Below are positions 1 to 8,297 of a DNA stretch of 60,320 nucleotides, piece after piece. Within the stretch, counting starts at the first letter, position 1, and the number at the start of each line of letters is the position of its first letter. Source of the stretch: Pseudomonadota bacterium (GTDB lineage Bacteria > Myxococcota_A > Polyangia > Fen-1088); contig JADGRB010000003.1 of assembly GCA_017881315.1 (NCBI GenBank), positions 1-60,320 of the forward strand, given 5' to 3'. The notes beneath the pieces were generated by a model. The model had not been told where the DNA came from and ran no database searches. It saw only the letters and a program-made list of their open reading frames with translations. Made by a program: the position numbers and the translations under genes.

Positions 1-1046
1 GCCCGCGCTGCGGCCGGCGCGCGAGGCCCCGGGGCGTCTCCCGCGCTCGCTGCGGCCGGGCCCGAGGGTCGCTGCGCCGCGACGACGGTCGCGCCCGACG
101 CGCCGGGATCGGTCCCGAACAGGCCGTTGGCAAACACGCGCAGATCGCTGGGTCCGACCCGCTGCCCGGTCGCGAACAGATAGTCCGCCAGATCGTCGTG
201 CAGCTCGGCGGCGCTCTGATGGCGCTCTGCGGGGTCCTTCTTGAGCGCGCGGCGCACGATCCGATCGAGCGCCGGGAGCAGGTCGGCGCCGTACTTGTCC
301 AGCCGATCGAGCTTCGCGTCCCGCACCTTGAGCAGCACGTCGAGATCGTTGGCGGCGGTGAACAGGCGACGCCCGGTGAGCAGCTCCGCCAGCACCACGC
401 CCACGGCGAAGACATCGCTGCGCGCATCGATCGGGCGGCCGACCACCTGCTCCGGCGACATATAGCCGTACTTCCCCTTGAGCGTTCCAGCTTTTGTCTT
501 CGACTCCCGGCGCTGCGCGTGGGCGATGCCGAAGTCACCCAGCTTCACGTCGCCGCGTTTGGAAATGAAGATGTTCGACGGCGAGATGTCCCGGTGGACG
601 ATCTGCATCGGACGGCCCTGCATGTCGCGGGCGTTGTGCGCGTAATCGAGGGCCTCCAGCACTTCATTGACGATGAAGATCGCCAGGTTCTTCGGGAGCC
701 GCACGCGCTTCTGGGCGGCGGTGCGGAGCAGCCCCAGGGCGTCGAAGCCCTCGACATATTCGAGCGCGGTGAAGTACTGGCCGTCGACGTCGCCGAAGTC
801 CAGGATCTGAACGATCTTGGGATGCGTGAGCTGTGCGGTCAGCTTGGCTTCGTCGATGACCATCGCAACGAAGTTGGCGTCGGCGGCCAGGTGCGGAAGG
901 ATCCGCTTGATGACCAGGACCTTCTCGAAGCCGTGCGACGAGCTGATGCGCGCGCGGAAGACCTCGGCCATGCCGCCCAGGGCCAGCCGCTCGAGCAGCG
1001 TGTAGCGGCCAAATGCCACCGGCGCGACCGGAGGAGCCGTGGACAT
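1..1046 (-). CDS. Ser/Thr protein kinase (Hanks type), 3' end runs off the window
   Basis: Manual minus-strand translation from ATG 1046: FGRYTLLERLALGGMAEVF, VIKRIL, IVHRDISPSN, KLGDFG, GKYGYMSPEQ, RSDVFAVG. No stop before position 1; not in the ORF track. Confidence 0.95.
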   Translation of the reverse strand, partial: MSTAPPVAPVAFGRYTLLERLALGGMAEVFRARISSSHGFEKVLVIKRILPHLAADANFVAMVIDEAKLTAQLTHPKIVQILDFGDVDGQYFTALEYVEGFDALGLLRTAAQKRVRLPKNLAIFIVNEVLEALDYAHNARDMQGRPMQIVHRDISPSNIFISKRGDVKLGDFGIAHAQRRESKTKAGTLKGKYGYMSPEQVVGRPIDARSDVFAVGVVLAELLTGRRLFTAANDLDVLLKVRDAKLDRLDKYGADLLPALDRIVRRALKKDPAERHQSAAELHDDLADYLFATGQRVGPSDLRVFANGLFGTDPGASGATVVAAQRPSGPAAASAGDAPGPRAPAAAR

Positions 1047-1103
1047 CGAAAAATGACTATACGGGGGGAGCCTGCGAGGGGAAACACCCCAGCGTGGAAA
1101 AGG

Positions 1104-1751
1104 CTACCGGCGCTTCCCGAGGCTCTTGCGCAGCTGCAGCGGCTCGACCGTTTCACCTGCCAGCTCCAGGGTACGGTAGGCCGAACGCCGCGCGCGCGCC
1201 TGGCTCTCCTCGGTGGTGGTCACGGCGATCAGCATCCGTTTCCCCTCCTCGTAATATCGACGCTCCTCGTCGAGGATCTCCACGCCCATCAGATGCGCGC
1301 TCTCGGCATCGCCCTTGTCCTCGCAGAAGTCTCCGAGGGCGGTGAGGCGCGCGATAGAGAGCGCCTTGCCGGCGACATAGCCGGCCGAGGCACGCTCTTC
1401 CGGCGTCTGGAGCGAGCGCAGGAAGGCGAAGAGCTTCGAATATCCCCCGTCGCGCGGGTCGTACCCGACCACGCCCAGCGCCGCGAGCCGCGCCGACAGC
1501 CGGCGGCATTGTCGCGCGCCGTCACCGCACTGCTCCGCCAGCGAGAGCTTCATCTCGAGATCGTCGCAGTCCGTTATCCAGAGAGCCGCGACCTCCGCCA
1601 GCTCTATGGCGCCCTTGAGGGCCATCCGCAGCGCGTCGGCGACCTCGACGCCCTCCTTGCCGAGCCCTTCGCCCAACGCCGCGACGACCCGCTGGATTGA
1701 GAGCTGGTTCTTTGCGTCAAGCTCGCTGACGAAGTTTTCGGCTGCGACCAT
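1104..1751 (-). CDS. Ferritin-like four-helix-bundle protein with degenerate metal ligands
   Basis: 215 aa, helical; spacing resembles ferritin-like proteins, but the ExxH sites read DGARQ and EERRY. Confidence 0.65.
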   Translation of the reverse strand: MVAAENFVSELDAKNQLSIQRVVAALGEGLGKEGVEVADALRMALKGAIELAEVAALWITDCDDLEMKLSLAEQCGDGARQCRRLSARLAALGVVGYDPRDGGYSKLFAFLRSLQTPEERASAGYVAGKALSIARLTALGDFCEDKGDAESAHLMGVEILDEERRYYEEGKRMLIAVTTTEESQARARRSAYRTLELAGETVEPLQLRKSLGKRR

Positions 1752-1928
1752 GGGGTTGGGATCGTAACTCAGGCTGAAAAATATGTACGACAGACTATAA
1801 AGCGCCGGACCGCTTCATCCGATGTACAGCTTGCAGACCCTGCCACAGGTCGGCGTGCACCGCTAGCCGGTGCAGCCTCTGGGCATCTCTGCAGAGGGCA
1901 GATCTTCTTGGACGCGATTGTCGGACGC

Positions 1929-3209
1929 ATGACGAAAGGCCTGCTGATCGTGGCCTGTGCGATCGCGTGCTCGGTCGGAACCAGCGGTTGTGGCGAGCTG
2001 TCGAACGGCTCGGACCCCGCCGGATCGGCGGCGGCCGACGGGTTGGTCCACGCCAAGGCTCTTCACGCCGACATGGTAGGGGCCGTCTCCTCGCTCGACG
2101 GGGTGGCCGTCGATCGGGCGTTGTCGAGCGGCGGCGGGCCCGGTTCGAGCGGCCAACCGAAGGTGATCTATCTGGTCTACGCCGATGGCAAGCCGCTCCC
2201 CAATACCAACTACAACGCGTGCACCGGCATCGCTCCCAAGTTCAACTGCACCTTCGCCGCCACGCTCGAGGACTGCCAGCGTCAGATTCAAACCTACCTC
2301 GACAGATGGTACGCCGACTTCAACGTCATCTTCACGCTCACCCGTCCGACCAGCGGGAGCTACTACACCGAGGTCGTCTCATCGGGCGGCGGCACCTGGT
2401 GTGGTGTCAGCGACACCGTGGCGGGAGTGGCACCCTTTCTCTGTCAAGACCTGCACGGCGGCGTGGCCTACACGCTCGACGGCGGCGAGAGCGCGCACGA
2501 CACGGCGGTCATCATCGCGCAGGAGCAGGCGCACCTCATCGGCCTCGAGCACGTCTCGGACACGAACGACATCATGTACCCGTTCATCTGCCAGAACTGC
2601 GACGGTTTCGAGAACCAGGCCGTTCCGACCACCGCCGACCGTTGCGAACGGCAGACCCAGAACTCGTACCAGATGATGAAGACCGCGCTCGGTACCTGGG
2701 GCGGCGGACCGAAGCCTTCTGTTTTCGGGTGCATCGACGACACGCAGGCCCCGAGCGTCACGTTCCTCTCGCCGAAGAACGGCGCCACCATGGGCCACGA
2801 TTTCTCGGTGAAGGTGGATGCCCACGACGACTGCGATCTCACCAACGTCGCGATCGACGTGGCACCGCAGGGTCTCTCGGCGGCCGCCAAGAAGGGACCC
2901 TACGAATGGGATCTGACCGGCATCGACGGAGCCCAGACCATCACGGTGACCGCCACCGACGGCAGCGGCCACGCGACCGTTGCCACGCTCCAGATCTCGG
3001 CGCCGCCGGCCGACCAGACCGCGGTCACCGATCCGGGGAGCGCCCCGGCCGCCGGTTGCACGGTGGCGTCGGGCGCCTTCGGTGCGGCCGGGCTGCTGCC
3101 CGCGATCACGATGCTCTTGATCTTCGTCGGCCGCGCCCGCCGCCCCGGCCGCCGCCGCCGCATCACCGGCGCCCTCGCCGAAGCCGAGCCCGAGACCAGC
3201 TCGCCCTAG
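1929..3209 (+). CDS. Exported or lipoprotein metzincin-like protein with Ig-like domain and MYXO-CTERM-like tail
   Basis: N-terminal hydrophobic segment with Cys; QEQAHLIGLEH plus Met-turn DIMYP; DTQAPSVTFLSP...TITVTATDGSG Ig-like repeat; C-terminal GC, TM segment and Arg cluster. ATG 1929 preferred over TTG 1908. Confidence 0.75.
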   Translation: MTKGLLIVACAIACSVGTSGCGELSNGSDPAGSAAADGLVHAKALHADMVGAVSSLDGVAVDRALSSGGGPGSSGQPKVIYLVYADGKPLPNTNYNACTGIAPKFNCTFAATLEDCQRQIQTYLDRWYADFNVIFTLTRPTSGSYYTEVVSSGGGTWCGVSDTVAGVAPFLCQDLHGGVAYTLDGGESAHDTAVIIAQEQAHLIGLEHVSDTNDIMYPFICQNCDGFENQAVPTTADRCERQTQNSYQMMKTALGTWGGGPKPSVFGCIDDTQAPSVTFLSPKNGATMGHDFSVKVDAHDDCDLTNVAIDVAPQGLSAAAKKGPYEWDLTGIDGAQTITVTATDGSGHATVATLQISAPPADQTAVTDPGSAPAAGCTVASGAFGAAGLLPAITMLLIFVGRARRPGRRRRITGALAEAEPETSSP

Positions 3210-3233
3210 GCGCGGGACCCACGCGTCCCGAAC

Positions 3234-3309
3234 GATCGCGTCGGGCGTAGACGGCTTCGCCGTCGAAGCCCATCGCGGGGGGCGCGGGACCCTTTGAGGG
3301 TCCCGAACT
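3234..3309 (+). repeat. REP-like structured intergenic repeat, copy 1, preceded by a partial unit at 3209-3233
   Basis: Near-identical to 41162-41230 and similar to the reverse complement of 28192-28269; hairpins GACGGC-ttc-GCCGTC and CGGGACCCT-ttg-AGGGTCCCG; lies between convergent genes. Confidence 0.85.
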
Positions 3310-3312
3310 CAA

Positions 3313-5643
3313 TCAACTATGACCGGAGCGGCGGCGTAGGGTCCACTCGAACGCGAGCAGCCCCACCCCGAGCAGAAGCAGGAACGGGCGCGACCACAGC
3401 TCGACGGCGCTCTGGCGACCGACGCGGACCTCGCGCGACGGCCGGATCGAAATGCTCGGCAACGCTTCGAATCGATAGTCGCCGCCGCTCGCCTGCGCGA
3501 GCTCGCGGAGCACCCGATCCCGGGCCGCCACATCGTCCAGCTCGGGCCCGCCCGCGCGGACGACGAAGGTTTCATCTTGCGTCACCGCCCGCCCTTCGAT
3601 CGTCGCGTGTCCGGTCAGCCGGTAGGCCCCCGGAGGCAAGACGCCGATGTCGGCCTGGACCTCCCCGTCGGCGTCGGTGGTCACGTGCAGGCTTCGCAGC
3701 GGCCTGGCATTGGCATCGAGGACGCCATCGGCGGGGGCGACGCCGATGCTCACGTCGATGTTCGGCGCCGGTGAATAATCCGCGTGCATCGCCCGCACCC
3801 GCGCCGCCACCGGCTGGTTGCGCCGGTACTCCAGACGATCGAGCTCGATGTGCAGCAGCATCAGCGCCGGATCACGCACCAGCCAACGGATCGCATTTTC
3901 CCAGAAACGCTGAAACGCGCGCCCGTCGTCACCTTCGCCCGCGGCCAGAAAACCCCAGTGCCAGGCGCTGTCGGTGAGGAGCGCCAGCGACCGTCCCTTG
4001 CCGGTTTCACCGGCCACCAGCACCGGCGCCGGCTTCCCGTCGGCGCCCTTCAGGGTCGGGTGGGTGAGCAGGGTGGTCGCGTTCGCCTTGGCGCGCGGCA
4101 CCCGGTTGAGGCCCTCGAGGGGTGGCAGCTTGCTCCAGCGCAGCTCGTTGTCGCGCGGGTCGAGCAGCAACGACGTGATGGGATGCGTTCGTCCCTCGGC
4201 GCTGAGGCGAGGCTTGAAGGCCTCGGCGTTCAGGCCGGTGTCGTTATCTCCCTCCAGCGTCGGCGGGGTGGGCGGCAGCTCGACCGGCAGCACGTCGCGC
4301 AGCGCCGTGAGACCATACCCGCCGCTCGCGAACGACAGATCGCCCCCGATCATCGCCAGCGCGCCCCCTTCCTCGACGTAGTCGCGCACGTTGGGGAGAA
4401 ACGGTTCGACGCCGTAGGGCGCGTAGTTGAAGTTCTGGAAGATGACCAGGTCGAAAGACCGCAGCTGCTCCTCGAAGATCTCGAAGGTGGGAAAGGGAAT
4501 CAGCGACAGATCGTCGTGGTTCCAGGGCTGCTCGTCGGTCTCGGTTCGCAAGATGAAGAACGACACCAGATCGACGTTGGGATCGCGGCGCAGCATCGCG
4601 CGCACGAAGCGCTCGTCCCAGGAGGGCCGGCCGGTCAGGTGGAGAACCCGCACCCGATCGCGGATCACCTTGAGGGTGAACGACTGCTGGTTGTTGCTGG
4701 CGAGCGCCTCGCCCGCCAGCACCGGGGTCGAGATCCGGAACACGAAGTTGCCGGGGTGGTCGGGGAGCCAGTCGAAGGCGATCTTTTCCTCGGACCGATC
4801 GCCACGCAGCACCACCCCGCGCGTCGCGATCGGGCGCCCGTCCCGCTCCAGCGTCACCTCCACCTGGCGATCGGGCAGCCCGGTCTGGCGGATGACCGCC
4901 TCGATGCTGACCGGCGTGCGCACGAAGGCGAACCCGTCGGCCAGCACCGCGGCGATCGATAGATCGCGCAACGATTTTTCGCCCAGCCCGACCGTGTGGA
5001 TCGGCGCGCCGAGCGCTTCGATGGCGGCGTGGGTGGTGGCATCGAGTGGCCCCTCGCCCACCCGGCCGGTATCGATCCCGTCGGAAATGAGCAGCACGGC
5101 GCCCAGATCGCGGCCGGCGTAGCGTGCGCGCAGCTCGCCCAGCGCCTCGCCGATGCGGGTCGCGTCGGCGGCGGGCGGCTCCCGCAGCGAGGCCGCGGTG
5201 GCGGGCGAAACGCTCTCGCCGAAGGTGTAGAGGTCGACCTCGTGCCCGGCTTGTTGCCAGGCCGCGATGTCGGGCGCCGCGCGATCGAGGATCGCCACCG
5301 CCCGTTCGGCGCGCGACGGTCCGCCATCGGGGGGGCGGACCTCCATCGAGCGGGAGGCATCGACCAGCACGGCGACGCGGTTGGGGACGCGGGCGACCTG
5401 GCGGAGCTCCACCGTCGGCTCCAGCGCCGTCACCAGGCAGGCGAGCACGCCGGCGGTGCGCAGCGCGAGCAGCAGCCACCCGCGCGCGCGCCGCTCCTCG
5501 ATGAGCGCCAGCGCCGAGAGCGCGATCGCGAGGACCGCGGCCGCCACCAGCAGCGCCACGCCCAGCCGCCCGAAGTGGCTCGCCACGCCCAGCCCGATGC
5601 GCCAGTCGTTGTAGCCGCCCGGCAGTCGCAGCAGACCGCTCAT
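3313..5643 (-). CDS. Membrane protein with vWA domain and GATase1-like (putative glutamine amidotransferase) domain
   Basis: N-terminal TMs, MIDAS-like VLVDASRSM, LLISDG, GGALAMIGG...SF..GGY, DSAWHW, C-terminal TM EWTLRRR. ATG 5643 overlaps the upstream stop (ATGA). Confidence 0.8.
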   Translation of the reverse strand: MSGLLRLPGGYNDWRIGLGVASHFGRLGVALLVAAAVLAIALSALALIEERRARGWLLLALRTAGVLACLVTALEPTVELRQVARVPNRVAVLVDASRSMEVRPPDGGPSRAERAVAILDRAAPDIAAWQQAGHEVDLYTFGESVSPATAASLREPPAADATRIGEALGELRARYAGRDLGAVLLISDGIDTGRVGEGPLDATTHAAIEALGAPIHTVGLGEKSLRDLSIAAVLADGFAFVRTPVSIEAVIRQTGLPDRQVEVTLERDGRPIATRGVVLRGDRSEEKIAFDWLPDHPGNFVFRISTPVLAGEALASNNQQSFTLKVIRDRVRVLHLTGRPSWDERFVRAMLRRDPNVDLVSFFILRTETDEQPWNHDDLSLIPFPTFEIFEEQLRSFDLVIFQNFNYAPYGVEPFLPNVRDYVEEGGALAMIGGDLSFASGGYGLTALRDVLPVELPPTPPTLEGDNDTGLNAEAFKPRLSAEGRTHPITSLLLDPRDNELRWSKLPPLEGLNRVPRAKANATTLLTHPTLKGADGKPAPVLVAGETGKGRSLALLTDSAWHWGFLAAGEGDDGRAFQRFWENAIRWLVRDPALMLLHIELDRLEYRRNQPVAARVRAMHADYSPAPNIDVSIGVAPADGVLDANARPLRSLHVTTDADGEVQADIGVLPPGAYRLTGHATIEGRAVTQDETFVVRAGGPELDDVAARDRVLRELAQASGGDYRFEALPSISIRPSREVRVGRQSAVELWSRPFLLLLGVGLLAFEWTLRRRSGHS

Positions 5644-6437
5644 CGGGCGAACCGTCTGGTGCGAAGGATATAATCGATGTGCGCCTGCTCGGTCTTGTAG
5701 TCGAGGCAGAGGGCGTACATCACCAGGTTCACCCCCAGGCGAAACGCTTCTTCGCGCTGGTCGTCCCCGCCGGGGATCACCTCGTGCTCCCAGCGGCCGA
5801 ACCCATCGCGGGCCCAGGCCCCGCCCAGATCGTTCTGGGTGTAGACGACGGCCAGCCGCCGGTCGCGCTCGACCCCTTCCAGATAGGGTGCCGCGATGAT
5901 CCGCCCGGGGGCGCCGTGGAGCACATAGAACGATTTCCAGAGGACGTGGTTGTCCGGGATCCGGATCGGGAGTTCCCCGGGCAGGGTCTGCGCGAGGAGC
6001 CGCCGCACCGATTCGTCGAATCCGCCGCCGGCGCGCCCTTCGCACGAATCGATCAATAGAAAACCGCCGTAGGTGATGTGACGGCGCAAGCGCGCGATTT
6101 CGCTCTCCGGGGGCAACGCGAACCCGCGATCGCCGGAGAGCACCAGGAATGGATAGCGAAAGAGGTTGGGATCGGACAGACGCAGCTCGGCCGGATCGGA
6201 CGCGGTCTGAACGCTGGTGCGGCGGACGATCTCCCAGGCCAGGCGCTTGAGCGCCGTGGGTCGTGGATCGGGCAGCCCGGGCAAGTTGAGGCGGGCGAAG
6301 TGGAACAGCGATCGGTCGCCGATGGCCAGGCTTGGCCGCGGCCGCAAGAACGCCAGCAGGGACGCGCCGGCCCCGCCCGCCAGCAGCCGTCGCCGCGAGA
6401 GGCGATCCGAGTCGGTCGAGCTCCTGTCCCTAATCAA
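5640..6437 (-). CDS. DUF4159 family protein with Tat-like signal
   Basis: SRRRLL twin-arginine motif; LFRYPFLVLSG, GGFLLID, NDLGGAW, GVNLVMYALCLDYK. TTG start uncertain. Confidence 0.8.
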   Translation of the reverse strand: MIRDRSSTDSDRLSRRRLLAGGAGASLLAFLRPRPSLAIGDRSLFHFARLNLPGLPDPRPTALKRLAWEIVRRTSVQTASDPAELRLSDPNLFRYPFLVLSGDRGFALPPESEIARLRRHITYGGFLLIDSCEGRAGGGFDESVRRLLAQTLPGELPIRIPDNHVLWKSFYVLHGAPGRIIAAPYLEGVERDRRLAVVYTQNDLGGAWARDGFGRWEHEVIPGGDDQREEAFRLGVNLVMYALCLDYKTEQAHIDYILRTRRFAR

Positions 6438-6489
6438 TCCAGCCTCCCACCCGTTTCGTCCTGCGGGGACTTTGCACTACACTCCCGCG

Positions 6490-7290
6490 ATGATGGTGAG
6501 GCCGATTGTGCTCGCGATGTTCCTGGCTCTGATCGCGTTGGCCGGCCGACCGGCGCTGGCCGAGCCCGCCGCTCCGTCGGCCGATTCGAAGCCCGCCGCT
6601 CCGTCGGCCGATTCGAAGCCCGCCGCTCCGTCGGCCGATTCGAAGCCCGCCGCTTCGTCGGCCGATTCGAAGCCCGCCGCGGCCGATTCGAACGTCGCAC
6701 CGCCCGCAGCGGCCGTGGGCACCGACGGCGCCAACCCACCGCCGGCGACTCCGCCGGCCCCCAAGCGCTTTCCGCGACTCAAGCAACCCTCGCTCGTCCA
6801 TCTCGATCAGTTCGGATTGGCCGTATTGCCGGGCTCAGGCTACCGCATCATCGCCCCGTACCACGACATGGTTCCTTGTGGGCAGCTGAATAAGCGGGTC
6901 TGCACCGGGTGGATCCCCTTCTTCATCGAGGTCCAACCGTCGTTCGGGTTGAGCCGCCACTGGGACGCGCTGGTCGACCTGCGCTTCGGGGTGGCCGCCG
7001 ATTTCAGCCAGTCCCACCAGTTCGCCGTCGCGCCGGGATTTCGTTACTGGGTCGATCCCGATCTCGACGCCAAGTTCTTTGCCACGTTTCAGGGTGTCTA
7101 CGACGTCAATCCGCAGCACGATCCGGGCACCAAGGACTATGACGTCGGGGTACGCAACGCGAATGGCTTCATGTTCGAGGTGATGCGCAACCTCGGTTTC
7201 TATCTACAATTCGGCGAGACCATCGGGTTCGTCCGCTGGCTGCGCTTCGAGATCGACGGCGGCATCGGCGTCCAAGCCCGATTTCCGTAG
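6490..7290 (+). CDS. Secreted, probably outer-membrane beta-barrel protein with N-terminal repeat linker
   Basis: Signal peptide ending ALA, PAAPSADSK repeats, amphipathic beta strands, C-terminal GVQARFP. Confidence 0.65.
   Translation: MMVRPIVLAMFLALIALAGRPALAEPAAPSADSKPAAPSADSKPAAPSADSKPAASSADSKPAAADSNVAPPAAAVGTDGANPPPATPPAPKRFPRLKQPSLVHLDQFGLAVLPGSGYRIIAPYHDMVPCGQLNKRVCTGWIPFFIEVQPSFGLSRHWDALVDLRFGVAADFSQSHQFAVAPGFRYWVDPDLDAKFFATFQGVYDVNPQHDPGTKDYDVGVRNANGFMFEVMRNLGFYLQFGETIGFVRWLRFEIDGGIGVQARFP
6563..6691 (+). repeat. 27-bp coding tandem repeat, 4 full units and 1 shortened unit
   Basis: AGCCCGCCGCTCCGTCGGCCGATTCGA starting at 6563, 6590, 6617, 6644 (one mismatch) and a 21-bp unit at 6671. 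Confidence 0.95.
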
Positions 7291-7299
7291 CTCTCGACG

Positions 7300-8181
7300 A
7301 TGATCCGGGTTGGCCGATTGGAGCGAGCGGACGTGGAGGCTGCGGCCGGCATCCTTTTCGACGCGTTTGGCTCGGTGTACAGGCAGCGAGGACATGCGCC
7401 GCCCTTTCCCACCCGTGACAGCGCCGCCTGGCTCTGTCGGGCCTATCTGGATCTCGATCCGGAGGGGTGCGCCGTTGCCTGGTCGGCAGCGGAGGTGGTG
7501 GGCGTCGGCTTCGCGCATCCCCGGGGCGCGGTGACCAGCATCGGTCCCCTGGCCGCGCGGCCCGGCGCGCCACCCGGCGTGGCACGCGCGCTCATGACCA
7601 GGCTGGCCGCGGTCGCGGCGCATTCGAGCAGCCTGCGATTGTTTCAAGACAGCTTCAATCCCGATTCATTCGGTCTTTACGCCCGGCTCGGCTATACCGT
7701 GGTCGACGTGGCCCCGTACCTCCTGGCGGAGCGCCTGACACCACCGCCCGTGCCGCCCCCGTCGGTGCGTGCGCTCCGGCCCGACGATCTTCCCGCTGTC
7801 GAGCGGTACGACCTGGCGCGGACCGGCGCCGATCGTAGGCCCGACATTGCGCTGCTCGCCTCGACCGGGAGCGGCCTGGTCTCGATCGGCGCGCAGGGCG
7901 AGATTTCCGGTTATCTCTTTTTTCGATCGCTGCCGGCGCGGGTGGTGATCGGGCCCGGCGTCGCGGAATCTGCCCAGGGGATGGCCGACCTCGTCGACGG
8001 CGTCGCGCTCGACCTGCCGGGGCGCGCAGCGGTCATTCGGGGGTCGGCCGCCACGCCGGCGGTGCTGCTGCGTGCGTTCGAACGTGGCTTCCGCGTCGAC
8101 CATCTCGGCAACCTGATGGTCGCCGGCCCTTACACGCCTCCACCAGCGCAGCTCTACGCCCTTTTCCCCGAGAGTCTTTGA
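7300..8181 (+). CDS. GNAT family N-acetyltransferase (tandem GNAT, YitH-like)
   Basis: SIGPLA...GVARALM, LYARLGY, second domain VIGPGVAES. Confidence 0.8.
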   Translation: MIRVGRLERADVEAAAGILFDAFGSVYRQRGHAPPFPTRDSAAWLCRAYLDLDPEGCAVAWSAAEVVGVGFAHPRGAVTSIGPLAARPGAPPGVARALMTRLAAVAAHSSSLRLFQDSFNPDSFGLYARLGYTVVDVAPYLLAERLTPPPVPPPSVRALRPDDLPAVERYDLARTGADRRPDIALLASTGSGLVSIGAQGEISGYLFFRSLPARVVIGPGVAESAQGMADLVDGVALDLPGRAAVIRGSAATPAVLLRAFERGFRVDHLGNLMVAGPYTPPPAQLYALFPESL

Positions 8182-8297
8182 CCGCTCCACCATCGGGGGC
8201 AGAGCGGCGCGGTCGCGATCGACAGCGCCGCTCCGTGAGCGTGGTATGGTTCGTCGCTCCTGGCGCGGCGGCTTCCGCTGCCGATGGGTTTCGGTAA

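Noticed and set aside
1104-1160. Encapsulin cargo-loading peptide on the ferritin-like protein
   Set aside because: The C-terminus LRKSLGKRR does not match the LTVGSL-type motif, and no encapsulin gene is in the window.
198-1700. 500-aa plus-strand ORF
   Set aside because: Antisense shadow of the kinase and ferritin-like genes; no recognisable motifs.
1800-1900. sigma54 promoter-like TGGCA...TGCA sequences
   Set aside because: The GG-to-GC spacing is 8 nt rather than the required 10.
6563-6691. Possible CRISPR array
   Set aside because: Contiguous in-frame repeats without spacers, and no cas genes.
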